From Leucoraja erinacea (Eukaryota), in assembly GCF_028641065.1 (NCBI RefSeq), contig NC_073396.1, forward strand, positions 1,054,001 through 1,118,000: a DNA stretch of 64,000 nt, given 5' to 3'. A program made the translations under genes and the position numbers. Below, piece by piece: positions 1 to 31,733 of the stretch; position 1 is the stretch's first letter, and each line of letters starts with the position of its first letter. The notes beneath the pieces were generated by a model. That model made no database searches. It had not been told where the DNA came from and saw nothing but the letters and a program-made list of their open reading frames with translations.

Positions 1-476
1 CAGGTGGTGTCAGGACTGTCTTATGAAGAAAGAATGGATAGACTTGGTTTATACTCTCTAGAATTTAGGAGATTGAGAGGGGATCTTATAGAAACTTACA
101 AAATTCTTAAGGGGTTGGACAGGCTAGATGCAGGAAGATTGCTCCCGATGTTGGGGAAGTCCAGGACAAGGGGTCACAGCTTAAGGATAAGGGGGAAATC
201 CTTTAAAACCGAGACGAGGAGAACTTTTTTCACACAGAGAGTGGTGAATCTCTGGAACTCTCTGCCGCAGAGGGTAGTCGAGGCCAGTTCATTGGATATA
301 TTTAAGAGGGAGTTAGATGTGGCCCTTGTGGCTAAGGGGATCAGGGGGTATGGAGAGAAGGCAGGTACGGGATACTGAGTTGGATGATCAGCCATGATCA
401 TATTGAATGGCAGTGCAGGCTCGAAGGGCCGAATGGCCTACTCCTGCACATAATTTCTATATTTCTATGTTTCTAT
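1..476 (+). mobile_element. CR1/HER1-like LINE 3' end
   Basis: LSYEERMDRLGLYSLEFRRLRGDLIETYKI...FFTQRVVNLWNSLP; 3' UTR with (TTTCTATG)n tail. Confidence 0.92.
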
Positions 477-729
477 CAGGATTTACTACCATACACACAT
501 ATGCAAAGAGACGTTACGGAAAAGAGAGAAAGATAACGCGCTATTAAATCAATCCCCCCATGTTGGGGGAGTCCAGAACCAGGGGTCGCACAGTTTAAGA
601 ATAAGGGGGAGTCCATTTAGGACTGAGATGAGGAAAACTTTTTTACCCAGAGAGTTGTGAATCTGTGGAATTCTCTGCCATAGAAGGTAATGGTGGCCAA
701 TTCACTGGATGTTATCAAGAGAGAGTTAT

Positions 730-1290
730 GGACCAGTCCCACTTGGGCAACTTTTTAGGTGACTGCACATGGTCGCCACATTTTTGCGGGTGGTTGCCGG
801 GAGAGTCGCCTTCATGGTCGTGAGGAGTCCCCGCATTCTGGGAACTAGTCGCGGCCTCATTTTGGTGACTAGAATGAAGCCGCCACGGAGAGTAGCGAGA
901 ATTCTCGTGTCATAGGTGCAGTGGTAGTGGGTTGCCAGGAGGTCGAAGGTTGTCGTAGGTTCTCATGGATTGTAGCCGGTGCTGGCCAGTGAATTTCATT
1001 GTCTCATTGGGGAAAAAAACGTAGACAGTAGTTTTCAGAACCAAGGATAACCGGCCGGTAATGTTAAATGTCCGTCGAGCTTCACAGCCGTGTATCTCTG
1101 GCTTCTTACAACTTGTCTCTCTACTCCGTATCCCCCCTTTTAAAGGATTTACGTACACTGTGCTTTGACTGTCTTAATTACAACGCCAACCTTCCTGTTC
1201 ATCGCGGTGTGTCTGTATTGCATTGGCTTTGTACAGTGTGAATTTCACTCAGCCACCATTCCCCCCATCCCCCGCCTGCTTAACGAGCTG
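730..1290. mobile_element. Probable DNA-transposon remnant (Harbinger-like left end)
   Basis: Begins ggaccagtcccacttgggc, with CpG-rich GTCGCC/GTCGT subrepeats; no clear matching right end. Confidence 0.35.
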
Positions 1291-1294
1291 GTGA

Positions 1295-1406
1295 GTGTGT
1301 GTGTGGCCTCAAGCCCTCCCCCTACTCCAGGATCCTCCCCCCCGGGTTGAGTTGGGGGACCAGGCCTCCCGTGTGACAGGGGCCCAACGGGTCCCACTTA
1401 GTCTAG
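1295..1406 (+). mobile_element. Helitron-like 3' terminus, related to the 15422-16291 element
   Basis: Hairpin GGGGCCC-AAC-GGGTCCC then CTAG|T; internal gcctcaagccct...ctccagga shared with the 15.8-kb element. Confidence 0.65.
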
Positions 1407-2760
1407 TAAAGACTAAAACTCTATTGGGTGGATCAGCACGACTTGGCTATATATACTCCAGTTACAATCACAAATCTAATGAAACACAATCTAATGATTA
1501 ACATAAGCCTTCCAATATTTGCAGATGATAACTTAAGAACTACAGCAGATCACGTGACAGCTGCATTCCTCAGGATTGCGCCCAAGTTCTGCTGCAGTAA
1601 TGAATAGAGAGTTTCGTTCCTTGCATGTTGACTGTGGAAATGGGAGCAGACAGCAACAGCAGGGAATGCACAGCTGCCGCCCATCATGTCCCTAATTAAC
1701 TCACAAACAGATATCCTTCCATATAAATGTTTTTTCTTAGATCAGTGGTTTCAGCAAATACCATCCATGTTCATATACATTTTCACTATAATATTTTAAT
1801 ATTTCCGACCTGTAATGTCAGCCGTCCATTCCTTCCGCAGATGATGCCAAGCCCACTGAGATCCCTTTCTGTTCACTTGGGTCATTACAAGAAGTGGAAT
1901 GTATACTAATTTAAAACAAACACTAACTAAGAGAACCTAAATAATATTGAAAAAGTCCAGATAAAATGTTGACCTTTATCATAATACAAAAAAATTGTTT
2001 TAAATTGTGTGCTGAAGTTAGTGGTGACCAATATCTAAGCTCAAATCAGAATCATATATGACATCAAGGTCGATAACTAGACTGTTTCTGTTTCAGACAG
2101 AGAGAAGTGCAGACTTGGTGGTTAAGGAATAGAATTTATAGATGAAAAGGAGAAGACACCTGTGCTGGCGGGTGAGAGGGGGACTGAGAATATCCTAAAT
2201 TGCCATAATAATAACATTGAGAATCAAGGAACCAACTCTGTCCCAGCACAGTGGAAATCCCAACTCCTCTCCCATATAAGTTGCAGGTGAATCAATTGAC
2301 ATTCTCAGATTGATAGAACTTTGTTGTGCAAGGAGGGTGGATCAAACGCAGAAAGCCAGTTTCGCCCAAAGATAACAGGATGGTAGAACAAGGTCACCGC
2401 TGGAAAGGTTTACCCCCTGTGCTGTAGTCCTTAAAATAGCATTTCACTCATGAGCTTTTCAGCTGACGTTTCTGCTTTGGATCACGGAACTTTGCTCCAA
2501 GCGCAACACCTATTTCCTACAATATTTGCGATTTGGATTCAAAATTATGGATTGCAAAATGACAAAATAATTTGGTTCTGATGTAAATGTGTCATCAAAA
2601 CCATTTCAAAAAACTAATTTGATGATTCCTGCGATTCTTTAGAAAATTCTTTACACAGTGTTTTTCCACTGTTACAATCTCCACTGATTCCACTGCTTAC
2701 ATTCCTCTTTCAGAATGTCCACCTTAATTACATTAAACAAAAATCATCTTTACAACGTAC

Positions 2761-23613
<20,853 letters not shown>

Positions 23614-23690
23614 CTTGCCGCGGCCGCTCATGTGACCCGCGCCGGGGACAGTGCGTCAGCGCGTCAGCGCGTCAGTCCGTGCGTCAGCGA
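23614..23690 (-). promoter_or_regulatory. CLCN7 proximal promoter/5' UTR with M-box/CLEAR-like site and half-CRE repeats
   Basis: TCATGTGAC at 23628-23636; four GCGTCA (TGACGC) copies at 23653, 23661, 23669, 23681; CpG-rich. Confidence 0.65.
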
Positions 23691-24125
23691 CGTGGAACGC
23701 GGTAACGCCAACGCCGTAACGTGGTAACGCGGTAACGCCAACGCCGTAACGTGGTAACGCGGTAACGCCAACGCCGTAACGTGGTAACGTGGTAACGCCA
23801 ACGCCGTAACGTGGCAACGCGGTAACGCCAACGCCGTAACGTGGTAACGCGGTAACGCCAACGCCGTAACGTGGCAACGTGGTAACGCCAACGCCGTAAC
23901 GTGGCAACGCGGTAACGCCAACGCCGTAACGTGGTAACGCCAACGCCGTAACGTAGTAACGCCAACGTCGCAACGTGGTAACGCCAACGCCGTAACGTGG
24001 CAACGTGGCAACGCCAACTCCATAACGTGGAACGTGGTAACGCCAACGTCGCAACGTGGCAACGCCAACGCCGTAACGTGGCAACGTGGTAACGCCAACG
24101 CCGTAACGTGGCAACGTGGTAACGC
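23690..24125. repeat. CpG-rich minisatellite, ~30-bp unit GGTAACGCCAACGCCGTAACGTGGYAACGY, ~14-15 units
   Basis: Directly visible tandem array built from 6-8 bp AACG subunits. Confidence 0.95.
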
Positions 24126-25668
24126 TTGATGTTGTGTATCTGGGCCCATGTGCAGGCAATGCTGCTGCAAGATTCTCATTGTACCTGCCTGCACCTCACT
24201 GTACTTGTCCAGCTGGCAATTAAACAAAGATAGACACAGAAAGCTGGAGTAACTCAGCGGGACAGGCAGCATCTGTGGAGAGAAGGAATGGGTGATGTTT
24301 CGGGTCGAGACCCTTCTTCAGACTCGAAACGTCACCCATTCCTCCTATCCAAGTCAAGTCAAGTTTATTTGTCACATACACATACGAGATGTGCAGTGAA
24401 ATGAAAGTGGCAATGCTCGCGGACTTTTGTGCAAAAGACAAACAACCAAACAAACTATAAACACAATCATAACACACATATTATTTTACATAATAAATAA
24501 TGGAAGGAAAAACGTTCAGTAGAGTTAGTCCCTGGTGAGATAGGCATTTACCGTCTGAATGGCCTCTGGGAAGGCATCCAGAGATGCTGCCTGTCCCGCT
24601 GAGTAATTCCAGCATTTTGTGTCTCTTCAGTTCCTTCCTGACAATAAACAAAGTTATCTTGACTTGACCGTGTTCTGAGCACTTAATAACCCACATGAAA
24701 AGATTTTACTTTATGAAGGAATCCTTCCTTCTACTTCATGTTGCAATGAGCTGAACTGACCTTACTTCGTGTGTAGTAGAAACAAACAAAGATTCAGCAA
24801 TGTTATATTAAATATTTGTAGTTGGACCTGTGTATTCTTGCATAACATTTTATTTGCAGTCCCAGAGGGATAATGATCATAGATTGGCACATGTTCCTGT
24901 AAATCTATCCTATCCATGTACTGTACCTGTCCAAATGTTTCTTAAACATTGCAATGGTACCTGCTTCAACTACCTCCTCCGGCAGCTCGTTCCATATCCC
25001 TACCACTCTTTGTGTAGTTGCCCCTCAGGTTCCTATTAAATCTTAAATACACAACCTGATGCAAACCCCTGGAATTGATACAGCAATATGAGTATTAAGA
25101 AAATGCAGCACATGTAGCGGAAGTTTGATATCAAATCAGTTTATCAGTAAAATATATTACAAAAATACAAGTATAATTAATGCATTTCAGTAAGGAGTCA
25201 CCACAGGATACCAACAAATATGATCAGGCCTTCATAAGGAAGCACTATAATACATAATTAAATTTAATTATCAGCTTTCCAATTAATATGACACAATTTA
25301 AGTTTATAAATTATAAGTATTTACAAAAAATAGATTCTGCAAGGCTACTTTAGGCATTAAAATTTCAGAATCCTCATACTTGGTCTTAAATTATATTCGG
25401 TGAAGATCTTTACACATGTTGAACTTTTTTCATGTATGTCACAAGCCTTTTATTTTTAATAGTACATGTTTGCAGTTATACTACAATCAAAACGTTAGAC
25501 AAAATCACTGCTTGGTTTCTGAGAGTATTCAAATCATTTTTTGTTGTAAATCAGATAGGTGAAAGATGAAAAATACAACTGAATTCCCGTACAATACACT
25601 TTGCATTTGCCAAAAGCCGTATATGGTAGAAGGCAGTGTTGAATGAATCCCAATACAGTACAGTTGGC

Positions 25669-26309
25669 TTAGTAACAATGATCTAAGCATGTACAATTAA
25701 CATGTTGAATAGCGCCGTTGAGAGTGGAAATATCATTGAAGGTTAAAATTCTGCTTCCAGGCAGAGCCTTTCCTGTGGCAATGCCTGAGACTTCCCCAGG
25801 AGACAAAGCGCGGTTCCAAATTGTGAATCCAGCCAAATTCCCCACAAAAGCCTCAGTGTGGTCAAATTCCCCTCCCATTTTGTCCTGTTCCTGGCCTACT
25901 ATAATTATTCCACCAGCTGGGATCTCATAGCCTTTTTGAAACTTGGAGCCAGCAGCTATCAGACGCCTGTCTATGTAGTACCAGTACTTACCCTCGAAGG
26001 AGGACCATATAATGCAGAGGTGGTGCCAGTGGCCGTCTAGGAGAGGTTCCACAGGAAGCTCTCGGTACGCTGGATCTCCGATTACAAGATGGATGCTGCT
26101 TTGTTTGCTGGTATTCCTGCCGTGAAGCACCAATTTGTTGTCGTTGTCTTCCGTGGCGTACGACAGTATGGTTCCTAAATAATTTGACTTGGTGCTGACC
26201 CAAGAACAGATGGTCATTTCAAATAGGCCAGTGGAAAGATTTTTGCTGAATGTTGCATAGTTTTCAGTGGAAGAATTGGGAAAATGCAGCATTGATTTCA
26301 CATTGCAGA
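25669..26309 (-). CDS. PTX4: PTX4 exon 3 (pentraxin domain)
   Basis: ICNVKSMLHFPNSSTENY...WHHLCIIWSS...GQEQD...CTCLDHCY*. Confidence 0.95.
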
Positions 26310-29300
26310 CTGTAATAAAGGAAAATGAAGAAGCTGTAGAATGGATGTACTACAAATAAAACAAAATCAATTCAACATCTAAACAATTATTAAATGAAAC
26401 CTATTTGTCAGATCTTGACGACGTTTCGGGTCAGGACCCTTCTTCGGACTGCTTGCAGTAGTGGGCAGAAAGAGTACCTCTCTTTCCAGATTTCTCCCCC
26501 ATGCTACAATCAGTCTGAAGAAGGGTCCTGGCCTGAAACACCATCTGTCCATTGCCTCCACTGATGCTGCTTGACCCACTGAGTTCCTCCAGCACTTTGT
26601 GTTTAACTCTGACATAATCCACACTCTTCGACTTTTCTTGAACGACGAAGATATAATTTGACTTAACTACTCACCAAAATCAACAAATGTTGTCCCTGAT
26701 TGTATGCTGGAAGCTTTATGCTTGTTACTAATGAATTTTTCACTGAGTGAACCAACTTCCTCTCCTCATTATCCACTTACTGGCCATAGATCATAAATTG
26801 TTTACTAACATTTATATTTAACAGCATTTGCAGAATGTTAACCTGGATACTCCATGGATGTAATTTAGCAGCATCATGCTCTGGATTATTGTGACTGTTC
26901 ATCATTCTGCAGACTGGGATTTTGAAACACACAACTATTCTGGGGTTGGGAGGGAGTGGGCGTGGGAGAGAGCTGAAGTGTCAGCACTGCGTATTAATTT
27001 TAGTGAAACATCTAATCGTGGCCTTGCTTTATAAATGGAATAGAGCACGATGTGTACACTCACAAAACAAGTATTTCCTTACCACTGCCTTGATTAAATC
27101 ACAACTTGGTTTATGAAAAATGCACAGGCAGGAACCGCAGATGCTGATTTAACTCGAAGACAGACACAAACTGCTGGAGTAATTCAGCGGGCCAGGCAGC
27201 ATCTCTGGAGAGAAGGGATGGGTGATGTTTCGGGTCGAGATCCTTCTTCAGACTGGAAAATTTCACATGAAAAATGCAGCTGTGTTTCGGATGTTAGGGG
27301 CTTTTCCTATCTTTTTATATCCTAATTTAAATGTAAGGTCTGTATCACAAACCAATGCAAATGTTACTGGGATGATTTTTTACATTTGAAAACTTTTACT
27401 TTGCATTGGAATTATGTTTTTCCAGCGTAGAGAATTCTATAACTAAAGGGCACAGCCTCAAGGTGAGAGGGGAGAGGTTTAGGATGGAACTCAGTGGCAA
27501 CTTTTTCACTCAGAAGGAATTCCGTTTCTGTACCAGTTGGCAGAGGAAGCTGTAGAACCAGATACAATGGTGTCTTTTAAAATACATTTGGACAGATGGT
27601 ACAATTTGGACAGGCGGTCGCGGTGGCACGACAGTAGAGTTGCTGCCTTACAGAGAATGCAGCGCCAGAGACCTGGGTTCGATCCTGACTACAGGTGCTG
27701 TCTGTACGGAGTTTGCACGTTCTCCCTGTGACCTACTTGGGTTTTCTCCGAGATCTATGGTTTCCTCCCACACTCCAAAGACATACAGGTCTGTAGGTTA
27801 ATTGGCTTGGTAAATGTAAAAAAAAATGTCCCTAGTGGGTGTGGGATAGTGTTAATGTGTGGGCATCGCTGGTCGGCGCGGACTCCGTGGGCCGAAGGGC
27901 CTGTTTCCATGCTGTATCTCTAAACTAAACTAAACTAAACTAAAGATACAAGGAACTGCAGATGCAGGCTTTCCAAAAAAAAGACACACAATGCTGGAGT
28001 AACTCAGTAGGTCAGGCAGCATCTCTGGAGAACATGAATAGATGACGTTTTGGGTCTGAAGGAAGGTCCTGACCTGAAATGTCACCCGAGTTACTCCAAC
28101 ACTTAGTGTCTTTTTTTTGTAAATCTGCATCTGCAGTTCCTTGTTTCCACATCTCACCTTTACTTGTGTTGGGGTGAAGTGAAATGCATAACATGATGTG
28201 GAGAGGGCAGGTTTGTAGGGCAATGCGTGCAAGTGGGACTAGCCCTGTAGGGCAACATGGGCATGGATAAGGTGGGCCGAAGGGCTTGTTACAGCTCTAC
28301 AACTAATTGGAGGGAGAGGCAATTGAAATCAATGCAAGCCGGCATCCTTTGGATGAGATTTTAAGTGCTGATCAATGATGGGAGGCTGTGATTTTAATTG
28401 GGGAGAAGGATGTTTGTTTAGTTGGTGGGAAGCCTTCAACAGCCTTGCTGGCTGAACACATTGGCAGCTTTCACAGCCAATCACAGAGAGTTGTGGACGC
28501 AGCCCAGACCATCACACAAACCAACCTCCCTTCCATCCACTCCATCTATACCTTACGCTGCCTCGGCAAGGCCAGCAGCATCATCAAGGACCAGTCTCAC
28601 CCTGGCCACTCCCTCTTCTCCCCTCTCCCATCAGGCTAGAGGTACAGAAGTGTGAAAACGCACACCTTCAGATTCAAGGACAGTTTCTTCCCAGCTGTTG
28701 TCAGGCAACTGAACCATCCTATCACAACTAGAGAGCGGTCCTGACCTACTATCTACCTCATTGGTGACACTTGGACTATCTATGATTGGACTTTGCTGGC
28801 TTTACCTTGCTGGCTTTACTAAACGTTATTCCCTTTAGAAACATAGAAACATAGAAATTAGGTGCAGGAGTAGAGGGCATTCGGCCCTTCGAGCCTGCAC
28901 CGCCATTCAATACGATCATGGCTGATCATCCAACTCAGTATCCCGTACCTGCCTTCTCTCCATACCCTCTGATCCCCTTGGCCACAAGGGCCACATCTAA
29001 CTCCCTCTTAAATATAGCCAATGAACTGGCCTCAACTACCCTCTGTGGCAGAGAGTTTCAGAGATTCACCACTCTCTGTGTGAAAAAAGTTTTTATCATC
29101 TCGGTTTTAAAGGATACTTCCCCCTTATCCTTAAGCTGTGACCCCTTGTCCTGGACTTCCCTAACATCGGGAACAATCTTCCTGCATCTAGCCTGTCCAA
29201 CCACTTAAGAATTTTGTAAGTTTCTATAAGATCCCCTCTCAATCTCCTAAATTCTAGAGAGTATAAACTAAGTCTATCCAGTCTTTCTTCATAAGACAGT

Positions 29301-31676
29301 CCTAACATCCCAGGAATCAGTCTGGTGAACCTTCTCTGCACTCCCTTTATCATGCATTTGTGCATTGAGGATGGTTCAATTGCAATCATGTATTGTCTTT
29401 CTGCTGACTGGTCAGCACGCAACAAAAGCTTTTCACTGGGCCTCGGTACACGTGACAATAAACTGAACTAATAGTAATGGTCATGTAGTAATGACCCATG
29501 TTCAATGTGTCATTCCGTGGCTGGTCGCTGTATGAGGTTGTCACGGTTGCGGGCAGAGCACCAAGGCCAGCATTCCTTGTATGTGAATACCACGGCCAAT
29601 GAAGCGTTGAAGTTCATTCGGAGATCATCTGCACCGTGCCAGGCTCATTCATTCATCGATTCATACATTCATTCATTCATATAAATAGTACATACTTGAC
29701 CCTTCTTTTGCGGGCGACCTCTGCGCGCCACTGGGCGACTGGTTGAGGACCTTGGCTCGCTGGACTGGCGGGGCTGCCGGGGGGTCGCGGTCCGGAGAGG
29801 TGGGCCTGACGGAGAGCGCATCATTCTGCAGTGCGCTCTTCATCTGCTGCTGGAAGCGGGCTATTTGGACATGTTGCTCCTTGATGTCCTCCTGCATCCT
29901 GTCCATGGCCTTGTGCAGCCGCTCCTTGCCCGCCGTTAGGGCGCTGATCTGCTGCCTCTGTTCCTCCACTTGGCTGTTCAGGTTGGAGGTGACCTCGCCC
30001 TGCTGCTTCTTCTCCGTCCACGCTTGCTTGCCCCTCTCGTTCGCCACTTTCTCCAAGGTGGACATCTTCAGGTCGATCTTCTTGTTTTCCTTCAGCAGCT
30101 TTTTGACCCATGATTTGAGGCTGGTGATGTCGTGGCTGGTGGCCGCCTGGAGGCCGCTCACGGTGGCCGTGATGTTCCTGAACTGCTCGGCCAGTATCTC
30201 CAGCCGGAGATCCACGGTGGAAGAAGCGTTGAAGTTCTCGGAGATGATCTGCAACCGTGCCAGGCTCAGTTCTTGGAAACGACGGAACTACGGCAATGAA
30301 TGGGAGGAGGTGACATGTTACAACACCAAGCAGCAGAGGTTTATTGATTGAAAGATACAGCACGGAAACAGGCCATTCGGCCCACCCAGTCCGCACCGCC
30401 CATCGCTCACCCATCACTAGTTCGATGCTAACCCACTTTCTCATCCACTCCCTACACTCGGGGCCATTACCCTCCAATCCCACACGCCTTTGGGATGTGG
30501 GAGGAACCCCACGGGGAGAAAGTACAAACTCCACACCGAGAGCAGGGGGGTGGGGATAGAAGCTGGGTCTCTAGCGCTGTGAGGCAGCGGCTCTGCCCGC
30601 GGCCTCTGTGTCCCGTTGCGAGGACATGTTTCATTTGGACACGGAGGCAGATAAAGATATCCCACAAATTCATGTTCTGGCCGGTAAACCTTTTCACCTC
30701 ATTCATTTTATTCCACCTGGAATTGTCCCGAGAAGTGCTTAAATTCTAAACGCGTTTCATCAGCGTGTACATAGATACATAGAAAACAGGCGCAGGAGTA
30801 GGCCATTCGGCCCTTCGAGCCAGCACCGCCATTGGCTGATCATTCACAATCAGTACCCCGTTCTTGCCTTCTCCCCATATCCCCTTGATTCCGCTAGCCC
30901 TAAGAGCCCACGTTTGAATGCATTCAGTGAACCGGCCTCCACTGGCTTCTGTGGCAGAGAAGTCCACAGATTCACAACTCTCTGGGTGAAAAAGTGTTTC
31001 CTCATCTCCGTTCTAAATGACCTACCCCTTATTCTTAAACTGTGGCCCCTGGTTCTGTACTCCCCCAACATCAGGAATATGTTTCCTGCCTCCAGCGTGT
31101 CCAAACCCTTAGTAATTGCATATGTTTATGTGAACCCTATCATCCTTCTAAATTCCAGAGAATGCAAGAGAATGTCCTTCCTCAAACTAGTCAAAGAAAA
31201 GTGTCCCGAACCGACACGTCGCCTGTCCACTCTCTCCACACATGCTGCCCGTCCCGCTGAGTTCCTCCAGCAAAAGAAAGACACAAAATGCTGGAGTAAC
31301 TCAGCGGGACAGGCAGCATCTGTTGAGAGAAGGAATGGGTGACGTTCTTCAGTCTGAAGAAGGGTCTCGACCTGAAACGTCGCCCATTCCTTCTATCCAG
31401 AGATGCTGCCCGACCCGCTGAGTTCCTCCAGCACTTTGTGTTTTGCTGGAGGTTCCAGCATCTGCAGTTCCCCGTGTCCCAGGGGAACAACAACAAGCCC
31501 CCTCGTGTACAGAGATCGCTGTCACACACCTGCTCCTCCAAGCGTCGGAACCGCTCGAAAAAAGGCTTCCTCTGTTTCATGCTGTCGGCGCTTTCAGCGC
31601 AGGTGGCGGCGTGTAGAACACAGCAGACACACAGCAGGGATAGCCAGGGGGGAGGTTTGCTGAAGTCCATCCTCAT
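25669..31676 (-). CDS. PTX4: Pentraxin-4 (long pentraxin), 3 exons, 459 aa
   Basis: Exons 31676-31530, 30287-29696, 26309-25669 (1380 nt including stop). Signal peptide, RKPFFERFRRLEEQ|FRRFQE motif, coiled coil, and pentraxin domain with HHLCIIWSS signature. Adjacent to CLCN7 as in other vertebrates. Confidence 0.94.
27613..27942 (+). mobile_element. HE1-like tRNA-derived V-SINE
   Basis: tRNA-like head (GGTTCGATCC B box), V-domain ggagtttgcacgttctccc...ggtttcctcccacactccaaagac, CR1-like tail ending (TAAAC)n. Confidence 0.82.
28480..28830 (+). mobile_element. Rex1/Babar-type LINE 3' fragment
   Basis: QRVVDAAQTITQTNLPSI...HPGHSLFSPLPSG. Confidence 0.78.
28836..29346 (-). mobile_element. CR1-like LINE 3' end
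   Basis: GVQRRFTRLIPGM...SRTRGHSL plus tail. Confidence 0.9.
29696..30287 (-). CDS. PTX4: PTX4 exon 2 (coiled coil)
   Basis: FRRFQELSLARLQIISENFNASSTVDLRL...SPAKEGS; TAG acceptor, GTATGT donor, phase 1. Confidence 0.9.
30345..30600 (-). mobile_element. HE1-like V-SINE (degenerate)
   Basis: V-domain and tail on the minus strand. Confidence 0.7.
30770..31165 (-). mobile_element. CR1-like LINE 3' end in PTX4 intron 1
   Basis: RTRGHSLRIRG...FFTQRVVNLW. Confidence 0.85.
31530..31676 (-). CDS. PTX4: PTX4 exon 1
   Basis: MRMDFSKPPPWLSLLCVCCVLHAATCAESADSMKQRKPFFERFRRLEEQ; alternative ATG at 31670. Confidence 0.88.
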
Positions 31677-31725
31677 GTCTGACTGTGACCCCCAGCAGAC
31701 GGGCCGCCGTGGCGAGCAATGCTGC

Positions 31726-31733
31726 TTTATATA
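31726..31733 (-). promoter_or_regulatory. PTX4 TATA box
   Basis: TATATAAA on the minus strand ~50 nt upstream of the ATG. Confidence 0.65.

Noticed and set aside
23656-24272. Repetitive ORFs (LPRYGVGVT / HVTALALPR)
   Set aside because: Translation of the promoter minisatellite in all three minus-strand frames; no sign of coding function.
29743-30534. Overlapping antisense and alternate-frame ORFs at PTX4 exon 2
   Set aside because: Expected shadow ORFs of a GC-rich coding exon; they run into SINE sequence.
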